Assembly: GCA_030141605.1 (NCBI GenBank)
Contig: JAQGDQ010000140.1
Location: 124,001 to 188,000 of the forward strand
DNA: 64,000 bases
Direction: 5' to 3'
Source of the DNA: Tubiluchus corallicola
Taxonomy: Eukaryota; Animalia; Priapulida
Positions 24,101 through 39,600 of this stretch are shown in pieces (within the stretch, counting starts at the first letter, position 1; each line of letters starts with the position of its first letter). The position numbers and the translations under genes were made by a program. The notes below the pieces were generated by a model, which saw only the letters and a program-made list of their open reading frames with translations, was not told the origin of the DNA and did no database searches.

Positions 24101-27100
24101 TCAACCTGTAATGAAAACAGAAGACCAATAAAGTTATTAACAATACAGGACAGACACACAGCAGTAACAATAATGATAAATAGAAACAACCATCACACAT
24201 GTATATGTCTTTGCAAAAAGCTTATACACTAACTGAAGCTTAAAATTAAAGCATGACTTGAATTTAAATTTTCATATTCTTGTATTCTTAAGTCTATGCT
24301 GCTCCATTGTAAACTTTTTTATTAAATTGTTTAACACTATAACTAGAGACAACAGATTTAACAAAAAGTTTATCAAAGTTTTAAGTTGTTATAACATATC
24401 TTATTGGTCAACACTATAAAAATCATGTCTGTTTAGTTACTATCACGATTGAATGTTTTGTAAAGCTAGAATCAAAAAAAGCGCATTGGAAAGAATGAGA
24501 GAGTGAGTGAGTAAATCCGTGAATGAATTGCGATATTGTTTCTAGGAGCAGAATTTTCTGGGATGTTTCCATGGTAATTTACACCTTTGTACCAAACTAT
24601 TGCAATACACTCAATAGAAATGCTTGATTACCTTGATACTTACATAGAGAAAGAGGGGCATCATCATCATCCCTCCTCTCCACAGTCGGCTGCACCTCTA
24701 CTGACTGCGACCGCCCTCTTATAGGAGGGGTGATAGGACCACCTTCCATAGACTGGGATCGAGTACGCAGTGGAGGCGGTGGCCGGGGCGGTCTTGGCTT
24801 TCCGTCTGATTCACGGCGGCCGCTTAGTGTCGCTTTTACCTGATGATAAAGAACCATCTTTACTTGCAGTAATCAGTTATAAATCCTACATTTCATACTG
24901 CTGTGAATAAAAACTGTTTTTTAAGATTCACGTTAATGAACATTGTCAATAAGCGAAACTTTGTCATAATGACTGTAGGATTGAACAGCTTAAACATTTT
25001 CTACGGTCCAGTTTGCACTGCAATTTTACAAGGTGAAAATCTGTATACCAAGTGAAGAGTGTCCGAGTGTCACAGTAACAGTTTTTGATACAGATAAATG
25101 AAATTTAGTAGATAAGCTCTATTGCTACTAAAAGGCAACATTTTTAATGCCAAATCCGCATCAAACAATTATAAATTGCACTATGTTAAATTATACTAGT
25201 AATTACAATTTAATAAAATACATCATAAATTATAATTAAAAATTCGTGGGTGGCAGTTCAACCAGTTGGTTAGTAAACTGTAATCCTAGTACTATGGTCG
25301 CCACTTAATAAAACTATGGATAACAAAACCCAAGGCATTTCAAGACCATATAGGCACGGTTTGGAAGCAACCCCATATAAACTATTGCTAAGAAAATTTA
25401 GTTAAAAAACCAGTGTGCTGTTTGATAAGTTTCTCATTAACAGGTGACAAAAGTAATCTCAAAATGAAATTAGCCTATTTTTTAAGATACGTAGTTGAAA
25501 TTGAAATCTGTTTGATAGTGTTCTGCAAAAACTTGCCTTGGTTACCAAAATGAATGATAAAACTAACCAGATGTAGCTAAAATTTGACGGGCTAGTTAAT
25601 AAAATATACATTTCTACAGAGCGAATGTTAAAAATATGCAGGTGAACAGCTTGAGCACACGTGTTGTATATACTATATTAATTAGGGTGAAGTATTTACA
25701 TACTGTACTTTGCCAAATGCACCCACTTGCAACAGGCCAGTGCCATAATAAAACAGCTGTTTATTAAGACCACTTATTGTTGGTCCCATTGTGATTTTAT
25801 TAAGTAGCCATAACCGAATTATTATTTGTGAACTGCGTCATTTAACTCACTCTGTCCATTTCTCGTTTTTTCTCATTCTGGGCTTCTATCAGTAATTTAA
25901 AGGCTTCTTTGTTAGCGGCCGATAGCGCACTGCACACATCAGCAGCAGCACCTTCAGCCTCGAATACGTGACAAGCGAATTCTCTTTGCTTCTGGGAAAC
26001 ATCTGACGTTACACTTACAAAACCAAATAATCTGTAAGAAAATTAATAACAGTTACAACAGAAACAAAATGAAAGTTTGGCAGAGTTTCCAATTCGTGAG
26101 AAGCTTAGTGACATCAAACTTGGCTTGGCTAGTAAAGCTATTTTACACCTCTGCTCTACAATCGGCATGGTAGTAGAAGAAAATGGCACAAAACTTCAAA
26201 AGTCGACTCGAAAAAATTCTGAGTTACTCACTAAAAGTTTTCCACCAGAGGAATGTTGTTGGTCGATTAGTTGCAAGAAAATTTGAAAATAAATTTTGTG
26301 AGTAACTGTCTTATCAATATTTCTCACCTGACAGTTTTTGTTCATTTTCGCTGATGCATGATTGGATGTGGCTTACCACAAGGAACAATGTTAGGCCCAC
26401 TGCTGTTCTTGCTTTATATATATATATATATCGATGTTCCACATCCACTTTCAATATAAACATTTTAACTAAAGTGCATAGTGCTACAGCAGAAATGAGT
26501 TTAAAGTGGCATGCAGAAGTTAAAAATAGAGTTAAAATTTCCTACACAACCTGCTGAATTTAAAGATCTCTGAAGGTGTATTTTAAAGATGCCAAGGAGT
26601 TCTGACTATCTGCAAAAGAGCTGTTCCAATCTTTACCAAAGTCAAGTTCTTCGAAAAGGAGAAAGCCTTTTAGATATTTTTAATAATGTGCAGCTTTACA
26701 CCTAATGGAAATAAACTACGTATAACTCGAATTCTTGCGTATCTCAAACAGAATTCCTGGTAAATTCTTAAGAATCTGACTGAAATTACCTAGCCTATCT
26801 CGAACAGCCTCCCAAGAAAAGTTCAATGCGAAAGTGTGCACCACATTACGATTTTATCTAATAGTTTCAGCAAAAATGCTAAGATTTCTTGTATTACTTT
26901 AGCAGAATGCCGCATACAACATAGCTCAATGACCGTGGTTTAATGTAGATCACAAAATTATTATTGTCGAATTATTATTAACCATGCTTCTCAGACTACA
27001 AAAGAGGTGGACTAGTCATTTTATTTTTAATTATTCATAAAAATTGTTTGATACTGGATTAAAGACTCAGTTTGTCATTTGCACAGTTGTGTTACTAGTT

Positions 27101-30100
27101 TATTGTCTGATGTTGAGTGACTCAATCGTGTTTTCTTACGAACATTGTCTAACTTGTACTTTCGCATAACTCGGACAAATTTTCCGGTCCCGAGGTGTTC
27201 GAGTTTACTGTATAACATTCTAACACCCAGGGAGACAACTATCCTCTCTTACCAATATCCACATAGTGATTAGCTTAGAAAATTTTATATCACTTCACAA
27301 AGAAGAATAAACAAAAACTTAACGCGCAAATGAAAATCGACACCAAAAAGAAGAAGCGCAAATGAATGTAAGACTGGCAATGCATACCTAGGATCATCTT
27401 TATGGCTAGCCCAGAAACATACATCAGCCATGGAAAATTCCATTCGAGCTACTCGAGATGCAGCGTCTACTAACCTGAAAAGCATCAATACTTTAGTCAT
27501 AAAAAATATAGTGCAGTGAAGATAGAAGCATCTGCAATCCTGCATCAACAGAATCTAAAGATATATTTCTGTGGAATCATGTATACATTCTGAAGGTCAG
27601 AGAGTTACTTACTGTTGAGTCTAAAGCAAATTCCTGCCACTCTGCTAAATTTACATGCTAATTCATTGTTACATTTCAGCATCACAATGACACATTATCT
27701 CACATAAAGGTGGTATGAGTAGTATAGCTGTTTCATCTCTAAGTTTCCTTTGCTGAGTCAACTTCAGGTAGGAACTACCAAACTACACTCAGAGAAGTGA
27801 TGCAGAGATTGACTAACTAAATGGCGCCCAGAATTGTGCCACAAGACATAGATTTGTGACATAGAACTCTGTGCTCAGAAAAGTGATGCAAATCAACTAT
27901 ACTATATGCAGAGATGAACTGCCATTGCCACGGCTTTATAAAAAGCGATGCAGAGACTAAATAACATACTATGCTCGAGAAAGTGTCACAAAGATGAAGC
28001 AACATCACGACATGCAGAAACAACAAACATGCAGAAGTGATTCAGAGATGAAACAAGTATATTACGCACAGACAAATGATGCAGAAACAAAGCGACTGTA
28101 CTACTCACAAAAGTAACACGGAGACAGAGGAATACTACATCTACTCCTGAGCTTCAGCAATATTTCTTTGTGTTGGGATATTTAACATTGGGACTTCTCT
28201 GGAGACAAGTGGCCTTAAATAACTTTAATTAGACAATCACAGCTGGTAAGAAAACACAAATAGCAACCTAATGACGTGCAAACTACAAACAGTATCATGA
28301 GATTTTAGCACAGCAAAGTTCTTATTCAGTCCAAGTTACCCTCCCTATTTGGGATCCAATTAAAATGGCAGCAAAATTCTTATTCATTGCAAGTTACCCT
28401 CCCCATCTGGGATCCAATTAAAATGGCATTAAGATTTTATTTTGCCCAAGTTACCCTCCTCATATGGGATCTAATTAAAGCTGTGATAACTTCTGTGCGT
28501 TTGTGCGAAAATCCAAGAGAAAAGTTAACATCTTCGTAAATTAACGAGCTTTTCACTCGACTTACGACCATCAAAATTATTGCCCGATGCTGAAAGCAGA
28601 GAATTTGGATAAAAAATCCCTACCTTAGTTGTTGAGGAGACACTGTGAGCTGTAGGTTGCACATTCTCACAACGTTGTGCTGTGTTCTTGCTTGTAGAAT
28701 GTGAGAAATAGTCTGATGTACATTTTTCTCACCTAGAATAATAATGCAACAGATTAAAATTAATTAGAAGCAAATTATTAACAAAACACACATATTAAAT
28801 TTTCTAATCAAGGGATAGCTCAACAAACGTTAAATTTTTGACTAACGGATAGCTCAGCATATGTTAAATTTTTGACTAAGGGATAGCTCAACACACGTTA
28901 AATTTGTGACTAAGGGATAGCTCAGCATATGTTAAATTTTTGACTAAGGGATAGCTCAACACACGTTAAATTTGTGACTAAGGGATAGCTCAACACACGT
29001 TAAATTTGTGACTAAGGGATAGCTCAGCATATGTTAAATTTTTGACTAAGGGATAGCTCAGCATATGTTAAATTTTTGACTAAGGGATAGCTCAGCATAT
29101 GTTAAATTTTTGACTAAGCGAAAGCTCAGCATATGTTAAATTTGTGACTAAGGGATAGATCAGCATATGTTAAATTTTTGACTAAGGGATAGCTCAGAGA
29201 TAACGTTAACGGTTAACTCCATAAGGCAGAGTGTTTAAGTTCCATCTAGTACATCGTAGCGGTTCAGCTAGGAACCAGTTTTTACATACTTAGGTTTTCA
29301 CGTTAGTGGTATCACTAGCTATTTGCATACTTGCAGAGTGATCATGCTGAAGAAAATTATGCATTATAAAATTATTACAGTGGACTCTCGTTACAAGAAT
29401 CACACGTATAAGAATCAGCTCAATATAAGAATCAAAATCGCGTTTCCCGAATTGAATCGGCATTTTCCTAGTGAAAATCCGCTCGTATAAGAATCACCCT
29501 TCTTTCGATAGTAGAATCAATTTTGGCGCCGGGAGCCGGTTGGGAGCCGAAATTGACCGCCTCACCAGAGGAGAAATGAAGCAAAGCAAGCTATCGATAT
29601 TTTTCAAGCAGTAGATGTAGAGTTTTCTGTCGTCTCCAGCACAATTTCGGAAAAAAATTATGTGCATTAAAATTTTTTTAAGGCAATTCTCGCATCATGA
29701 AATATTTACCCAACCATGAAATAAAAACATTAGTCTAGGAATTTTTAGGTCCTTTTTAGGCCAGAAAAACATTATGCTGTTTCATGTCGTTTCTAGCGTA
29801 ATTTCGGGAAATAAATAATTTTGTGCATAAAAAAATTTTAAAGCAATTCTGGGTCATGCTCGTTATAAGAATCTCTCGTTATAAGAATCACTTTGCCTTC
29901 TCCCGGGGTGATTCTTATAACGAGAGTCCACTGTATACCTCATTTTAGAATTTGGGAAACCATTGTTTTTTTAAACTATTGAAAGCACGGTTTTTCGCAC
30001 TAAAGAACTGAATTTAATTTATTCTTGAGCAAAAAGATGTACAAAAGGACAAAAACTTACAGAGACAGCGTTCAAAAAAATGTCAAAAACAAAAAAACAT

Positions 30101-30561
30101 CAAATCACACCTAGGATAACGCTAAAAAGTATAGCGTTGTGGAGATAGTGTGAGAAACTTGCATTAAATAAGGAAAAATAGTTAATGCTAAAAACTAAGA
30201 GTTTAAATGTAAAATATTTCCAAGAGAGAGTTAGAAAAGGACAGGTCTGGTCTTATTTATAACAACACAACTACCGACCAACCAAAATCTTAGCTTTCAG
30301 AGACAAGATAAAAAATCAGCAGTTAATAGTGTAATTTGAAAAGAATATATTATCAACATAAATCTGTATCAAAATATATATTTTTGCAGCAAAGTGAATA
30401 CCCAAGTAGTAATGCAGTGCATTGAACAACCAAACTTAAGTAAAGCCGAGGCCGGTCAGAAAATAAATGAGTGACTGCCAAGTTAAATGCTTCCTCTGGT
30501 TGGTTTTATATATACCATACTGATTCAGCCTATTTATATCGTCAAATGATGTACTAGCCAG

Positions 30562-30648
<87 letters not shown>

Positions 30649-33600
30649 GCTAGCTAACTAACTAGCTAACTTGGAAGGAGATTGACAGGAAATAACTATG
30701 TTTCTGAGGTACATAAGGTAAGAACGTAGTTTTTATTAAGCACAGACAACCGTTCAGACAGCAAATGTCATTATCAGTGGTAGAAATCCAGCCAAAACAA
30801 ATAATTAATATATTTATTACACCACAAACCAAGGTACAAATGTCATTACAAAATCAAAACAACGAAATTTAAATTGTCACAATGCAAGTGGAAATAACTT
30901 AGAAAAAGGTTCGCAAAGAAAATGTAAAAAATCGTACCATTTTCTATTTCATGTATTTAATGAATAGGGTAATTTAACGTTGATCAGTAAAAAGAAAAAC
31001 AGTTGTTAACCTTTTTCAAATGGAACTTTCATGGATCCACAAAACTTTACATGGAAAGTTTTTGGTTGTGGAGACGCCTGATGTTCTTCACTGATAACGT
31101 CCGACGCCGGCTGATCAAATGGATTGATGCGTCTGAAGTAAACATAGCATGATATAAAAACAAACAAACAAACAAATTGGCAGCATAAATGATTAAAAAT
31201 AAAAGTGATTTATCAAATGCTTTAATTATGACTCTTAAACATCATAAAAATTTAAAAGAAATATAATCATTGCAGCAACAATAGAAAAAAATTAAAGTAC
31301 CTAACCCTGGGATTGAACCCAAGGCCTTCTGATTGCTAACAAATGTCAGTTGATTGTAATTTGTTCATAATTATCGGCTTAGAAGGCCAATCACGAAGCT
31401 CAGATCATTAGATTGGAGGCAGATGAACAAAGGGTGATTAGAGTAATAAATAACATGTCAAAAAGAGACAAACAATGACCAACTCCAAACAAACGACTGC
31501 GACACACTAACAGTTTGTCACTTCAACTGCATTTGGATGACAAGAATTGATGCTGTGCCAACACTTTCAACCACAACAAACTGACTTATGAAAAGTAAGC
31601 AATGGCTGATACAGACCTTGTAAGATCGTTTAAGAGATCGGCAAATCTCGAAAAATCACTACAGTATCCAAGCAGCATTAAACAAAACGATATTTCAAAC
31701 ACTAACAAAAGTTAGTTAACTAAATAATATAGGTTGTTTACCAACTTCATAACGTGTAATTTGATCCCCGAGTGATAAACGGGAGCAAATGTGATAAAGA
31801 GATCTAATCTTGTTTAGAGATTGCTGCTGATTCATTAAACTTTTCTAAAATTGCCTGACTACGATTGTGGAAACTACATAATAAATTTTATTCTATTAAA
31901 TGTTAAAAACTGTTGCAACTTAAGTTGGCTTGAACCAGGCATATCGAAGTAAATAAGAAATATTTTATCCAGTATGCCAGAAAAATTAAGCACACCAATT
32001 TGACACATTTTTTGGTTAACTTATTGTAAAGTAAACATAAATGAGATATATGTGTGAAACGCTAATTTCATATAATTTCCATTTTCTTGCATATCATAAT
32101 TTATTAATTTTCACTTTGCTTATTTCACATAAATATAGTGAAGCTAAAATTTCAGTCCACCAACTCAAGATTAACCAATAAATTTATGACAACAGTAAAT
32201 TATTTATTACATATTTTTCATATTTTTAATACATTTGAGAGAAGAGACAGATGCAAGGCAAGGTCTTGTATAAATCATTCACTATCATTCACTAGGTTTG
32301 GCAAGTTAATGAGGAAAATGAATGCCAAATTGTGCAATTTTTTGAATTTATTGACTTAAATATAAAAATTGGGTTTCAGATTAATCTGAGTTACGTAATT
32401 CGTCTTACTGGAAATTGTGAACAATATCGTATAAATTGTGATACCTGCCAACTGCACATCTTATTTCAATAGAATAAATAAATAAAGGTAACAATTATGA
32501 TTTACCTCTTACAAAATATTTTCCCAGTGTTTAAGTAAACAACAGTAATTAGATAAAACTCAATAGAGTAATTAAGTATGAAAGTAAGTAAGTTTATTAG
32601 TTTATCACCATTTTTAAAATAGCAAAATACATAACTAAGAGATTTATAAATCTATACAGGTTACAATAATATTACAAAGTGCAAAAGTGATTATTGATTA
32701 GTGGTGAAAGGGTGGCGAAAGAACTATAAGTTATCGAGCTCAGCCACCCTCTCAGCATTGTTACTAATATAATTAATTAATTAATATTCGTGTACCAGGT
32801 AATAAAAACTCATCAGATTTTGCATTTAAGATGAATGAAAATTGAATTATTATACGAATGTGTTAGTTTATAATAAAATAATGTTCAATAATGGGAAAGA
32901 AGAGACACATGTGACTATCTTTAGATAATAATTTAACTATTACGTATTTAGAATTAATATTATAAAATTAATTAATATTAATCACAATAGAGCAGCAAGA
33001 TACAAACACATGCACAGAAAAACAGTTCAACATACCTGGGAGGACCATCTTTAGGCTCAGGTAAAAACTCTTTACTATCATCACTTGGTGATATCATATC
33101 AAACTGTATGGGGGTATTCATGAGAATATCACGTATTGGTGATGCATGTTGAGGACTTGGACCACCGCTAACTGCTCTGTAATTCATAAATGAATAATGA
33201 TTTTTTAAATATGAAAACATATTATATTACTATGCAGTTGAGGTACGTAAAACACTTATGTACTTTTTGATACATATTATGTAAATAATGCACATAAGAA
33301 GCTTAGTAATTTTTTATACATGTGCAACCAATATAGGTCAATGGTGATTTATGATAAGTGACTAAGTGAACAAAATTAGAATACAGATAATCACACATCA
33401 TCGAATATAAATTAAACTGCATGCACTAAACATTAAAATGAAAAAAATTCTTCTTAATTTCAAGCTACTAATCATAAGATGTGATACTCTTCTTGAAAAC
33501 AGAAAACAACAGATCCTGTAATGAATTCCACAGATAAGAGGATCAAAGAAAAAAACTGGATTGAGAAGCTAGCAGGAGAAAGCTGGATTGATTCTGCATC

Positions 33601-36600
33601 TGAAGATGTGCAAGTAAAATTACGAGAAAAGTAAACAAGTTCTTCAAACAAACTGCCAGCATTTAGGAATGTATGAAGAGGGATCCTGACGCATATTCCT
33701 TAAAACTAGCGAATAACGAAGCACAAAGTGGCAAAATACTTTCCACTAGAAAATTGATAAAAACTAGACCTACTGAACCGGCAACAATATTCTGCAATGT
33801 GCCCCGCGGGTTAGGGCAACAAGCTGGTGGGCTAGGCCGAGTGGCGTAGCTAGTACTTTTTGCAAAGGCAGATAATTATCTTTAGAGAAGGAATATAAAA
33901 TTAGGAATCAGGTTCATTCTTTACTAATATGTAACTTACCTCTGATGGGAAGTAAACATGAGAACACACATTTTTATAACTGTAAACAGATCTCTCTAAC
34001 TAGTCTGTAATGTGAAGCATTGGGATACTCACTAATCTATTTTTCTGTCCAGCTGCTATACAGGGGCGTATCAAGACTTTACGACGCCCTACGCTGATAG
34101 TTCTGTCCCACCCATCTCTATTGTAACTCTTCGTTGTCATTTTTAATTATTCGTATTTGCATAGGGCTTATATTTAAGCAGGCTGCGTAACTGCTTGTCG
34201 TGTAGTACCTTGCACCTGTTCATTATGTGACACTTATATACAAGCTGAGTTCAGTAACTGCCTGCGGTGTGTTGTAAAATGAAACCTTTACATGAATACG
34301 AAAGCATGCACATTTTCAAAGGAGACTAAAAGTTTTTCTAAACTGCGGCTCCCTCAAGCTTTGCCGCCTAGGCTATAGCCTAGCTAGCCTATTGGTTAAC
34401 ACGCCCCTGCTGCCACGATACGTCATTTAAAAAAATGTTTACCATTGCCATAGAATCCGGTTTTACATTATGATTTACATTATTTCAATAGAATCTGTCT
34501 CCCCTCTCTGGTTCCCTTGGTCCCTCCCTCTCCCCCTTTCCTTCTCCTCTCTCTTTCTCTCTCTCCACCATCCTTCCTCCCAACATCCCTCGCTTTCTGT
34601 CTCTTACTCCCTCCCTCTCCCTGTCTCTCTTATGCCTCTCTAACTTTTTCTCTCTCTTCCTATCTCTTGTTCTAGTGCAGTGGTTCCCAAAGTAGGGGTA
34701 AATTACCCCCCGGGGTAATATGGTTTTTTTGGGGGGTAACGGGCACCCCTCTGAAAATTTTTAAAACTTCGCTCGGAATGCATTTTACAACAACGGAAGG
34801 CAACAATACAACAACAACACCTGGAAATTTATTTATGTCACGAGCAAACATAAATAATTTTGCTTGCTTGTGGCATATACGTGTGTTTACTTTTTGAGTT
34901 GGAGAAGTAGTACTAGGTGGGGGGTAATGGACACGACCGGTTTTCCCGATTTGGGTAAAGGTCCGAGAAAGTTTGGAAACCACTGTTCTAGTGTGTCTAT
35001 TTAGTTTTGTATAAAAATTTTTTCTTTGGAGAAAGATCTGATCCAACCCAGCTATTTTAGTGTAAAAATCTTGTAATTGAAATGATAACCAGGATTTTCT
35101 TACAAAATACGAGAATGGCTCACTCACCCCGAAGAAGTCGGAGAATGATCTTTAGAACTCTCCGAAGAATGTTTCTCCTTCTCTTTTTCTTTTGCTCTAG
35201 CTTTCAATTTCTCCTTTCCGCTACTATTTTCCTTGATGATGTTTCGCAAAGTGGCCACCCACTGCAAAATACGTGAATTCTGGTCAGGCTAGTGCAATGC
35301 ATGCAAACCCAATTTATTATTTCAAGAACACGTAGCAACCATATCACAATCAATATCGTGGCAGGTTTTCATACAAGATTTTTATTGCTGACAATTAACA
35401 TATTTTTACGGTTATGTTTTATGCATAATGTTTGTTAAAGGAAAGGCCATTTCTGAAAAGTTAGGCTTGTTTCAATGTTTTCAAAAAATGTTAGCAATAA
35501 AAATATAAGTGTGATAATTAGTAAAACCATTTTAAAGTCGCAATCATTTCATGCTTGGGCGCTCCCATTTTGAATGCCAATGTTTCCACCAGTGACATCA
35601 TTCATCGGCTGAAGGAAGCAGCACCATGTCAATTTCCATCAAAAGTATAATAAGTTGATACAAAAAATTAGGTAGCTTGTCTTGTGATATTTCTGCATTA
35701 ATATTAGTCAAGCTGAATAAGTTTGAATTAGTTTAAGCAGCGCGCTCATGAAAAGTCACGAAGTCCACCAGTTTCGTTATAATTTTCAAGTGAATGGCGG
35801 GTACCACTGCATCTGGAAATCCCTATATAGCGGAAGTATAGATTAAATTTATGTTTCATAAGCAGCTTTTCTTGCAAATTTTTTTGTTATATTTTTCTTG
35901 CAAGTAAATGCAACAACATACTAAGTGACTTAACCTTTCCTTTAATATTGTGGATAAATTTTAACAGTTTTGCATATTACTCTAGTTTAGTTAAAATCTT
36001 ATATATAGATGTCAATTTAAAACAGTAATAAAACAACTTAATTATTAAGAAACTTTAACGTAATTAAGGCCAAAAAGAATTAAAATTATTCGAGTGGCAG
36101 AGGAAAAATTTCAGGTTCCTAACACAGAATTGAACCAAGGACCTTCTAATTGTTAAACCTGCTAAATACTTATGCAGCTGATTGGTGAAGAGAAAGCTCC
36201 CATTTAACTACAAATGTTATACCAATTGTTTATTACAAAAATGTAAAGCTCAGCTATTGTAGTATAGCAAATGTACTATTATGGTAATTGGTTTACTAAC
36301 TTTCCAGGAACAACTAAATGAAAAAATAGTTTTGCAGGACTACGCTTTTATGCTAACTGTAACACAATATTAAAAAATTAAGGTTAATCCTTAATCATAC
36401 CGTCGTAGCACAACTTTCGTTTTGCTCACGGTTCTATAATCTTACTGTTTATTCTTACAAATGTATAAGTGCATATTTTTGTGCCCTTTAAATAGTGAGT
36501 AAATACTAAAGAAATAATATCAATTATCATTATATTACTAAATGAAATACTAACTCAAAAAATAATCTGTTTTCAAAATTAGTCTGACTTAGTCACATTC

Positions 36601-39600
36601 TAGTCAACTAATCCTGCCAGCTAGCTAATTAGTCAGACAGTCTTCCAGATAGACAGTCAATCAGAGTTTAGTCAGTTAATCAGTTAAACGAATAATGAAA
36701 ACAAATTTTATTTCAGCTGACCAACCTCGTCTTTATCTCTGCTGTTTTCCGCCTGCAGATGAAAGGTCTTGCTGCCGTCCACAGATCCGACAACAAAGAC
36801 CCAACGTCTGTCATCCAAGTCAGCTTCTCTTACTGTTGCAGTGCCATCCAGTTCTATCATTAATCTGCCAGCTTCCTATAATATCCAAATATATTCTGTC
36901 AACACACACACACAAACACACACATACACACACACACACACACACATACACATATACGTGTGCCTGTATAGCAAAATCGTCCATAAGTCGACAATTAAGC
37001 TTTTCTAGTTATTCACATATCCTGAATTTCCATTTCATGAGGATCATTATGACACCAAGTTCATTGCTCTATGTAATTTCCAAGTTGAGATAATCCATGT
37101 TGAAGTTGATGTGCAAGCTATTCACCAAAAATCATCATCTTAAAAAAATCGCTATTAAAGTTAGGCAGTGTATTTTGTCACATTTCTACAAAACACTTAG
37201 CAACTGCACACATGTTAGTTGCTACAAACTTTGCAAAAACACATTGAAGTTATGTTTGAATCTAATAGATGGCTCTTCCTAATGAAGATCAAGGCATGGC
37301 CACAGAAAAAACTCGAAGCAAAAAGATTGCTTCCACGAGCTGCTATCAGAGTTTGAAAATATGAGCTTTTTGCAATTGCAGTATAAGTTTCTAGCCAGAA
37401 AAGTGGGTACAGGGTTATAAAATTAGATTTTTAGTGTTTTTCTTTTGATAATTTCATGCTAGAATATAAAAGTCCATTATATTTAGTGTTTGTTTTTATA
37501 AAAAACAAAAATTGACATTTGACCAGACCTTCCACTCTGAGGCATCATAACTTAGTTTTAACTATGCCAACTTATTAACGGCTTTGGCTTCAGAGTAGAA
37601 GGTATAAAGATATAAAGTTATAAGGTTATAAAGATATACAAAGATGTATATAATTTTGTATACATATATGGGAATCTGAATCTTTTACCTTGAATTGTTA
37701 TCTTTAAACATAAACAGCAGAGTAAAATATTCTTTGTGTGCCATACAAAAGCACCACAAATACATTTAGGAAAGAACGGCTTTACAGTGTAAACAATATT
37801 GGGCAAACTAAATCTCAATGCAAAAATAATTACAAATTTATTACAGCACAGGCTTCTAATTGTTGAAGTTTTATCAGATGTCATAACGCTATAGAATTGA
37901 AAGGTAAGCAATAAAGTTTATTTGCTTATTTATTATTATTTTTAATAAAACTTTCTTCCGCTGTTCTCTCATGACTGGCGTGAAAAATGTGTCACTGTCA
38001 TTCAATGCTTTTAAGTGAGTATTATAACTCTACATTATTCTACTATATAAACTGTATAAAGTTTTCCTATGTATTACAATGTAGTGTAAAAGAGCAAGAT
38101 CTACCAAGATGGTTCTTGAACTATAATTATATGCATAATGGAAAAATTTACATTTAGAAATATTGTAAGCCACTTTAAATTTACTGAGACTGCTGCCAGG
38201 TTGACGTACCATAAAAAGAATTACAATAAGAAAATTTAACATTAACTGAACAATAATGAAACTTTCTAAGAATGCGGATAGTGTTAGTAATAGAAAAGAT
38301 GTAATGTCCGAAATGTAATGACCCCCAATTAAAGTCACTTGATACAGCAAGGAATAATAGGCGTAAGACAGCTATGGAAACTTCCATTTGCAATATGACA
38401 AAGCCAGTATTCAAATAATAGCAAGATATATAAATTTCTGTTACACATGTTATTATATCCGCAATAGTCTGTTTTTTTGCTCGACAAAGTTGTTATTCTG
38501 TTTTCTAATGGAAAATAATGTGAAATACATATGCCAAAAATACAACACGGATTATGCTATGATGATATCTAAGCCGAAGCTTATACAATCACACGTAGTT
38601 AAAGAGGAATACAAACTAAATGAGGATCAAATTTCTAATGTATCTTCGGCCTTGGCTATTTCAAATACATTAGAAGCAAGAGAGTTCTTTGTTTGTAACT
38701 TGACTGAATTATGGAGGATTAATTACATGCAAATAATTTCATTGTGTAATTTTGTGTGCAATGAAATGTAAATATGTAATTCATTGTATTACTAATTATT
38801 ATTATTGTATTATTAAATATTGCTAATGTATTGTGTAACTTTGTAGTACTAATGTACATTTATGTCCGAACAAATAATAAATAAATATCCAGATCATCTT
38901 TATGAGTACGTTTACAAGACATCACACAGCATGCTCATAGTGAAACTGTAAGAGCACATATTACAAAACTCTGACTAGAATGTTCCAACTTGTCAGTGAT
39001 ACTTACTTCACCTTTTGGCTGATGCATAAGATTCCCAGCTACGGTGAAAAAGTACTCTCTATCCCAGCGGTGTAACAATCCGCCTCTTAAAAAACAAAGC
39101 AATGAATTTATTTACCACAAAGCCGTTTGTGCAAAAAAGGCACTTTCACAAAATTAGCATTAGAAAGAAGATTATGTACATCAGGGGTGTGCACATTATC
39201 TGACTAGCCGAGCCACATTAAACTTTCCCGCAATCCCTACGGGCCACAGGCAGTTTGATCAAGGAGCCAAGTACAGAAAGGCCTAATAACAATTTTTTTG
39301 CATCCGACCTGCGTACATCATTACTACTACACCCAAGAAACTATTTTAGAAGTTATTAAAATTTATATTACAAACCATATATTTCTACTTTCAGGATAGA
39401 CAGTGGTAATTTCATTACAATGCATATTAGTAATGTGTATCACACAGTCTGTCTAGTACAGTGCTATTAAGCTACAACCGTCTTGTAAGGGTTAATGGCA
39501 TCCGATCTAGTAGAAAAAACTACCCGCACTATCTTTGGCACGGACTTCAGCTGGATACACTCAATTAATCGCCTGGGCCGCACTTTCATTAGGTTGACAA

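Noticed and set aside
31300-31345. tRNA-like B-box segments (also about 36115-36160 and 42230-42260)
   Set aside because: No complete cloverleaf; best explained as decayed tRNA-derived SINE remnants.
37600-38886. AT-rich ORFs of 77-127 aa
   Set aside because: No convincing motifs; the aataaataaata end suggests an old retroelement 3' end, but evidence is too weak to call.
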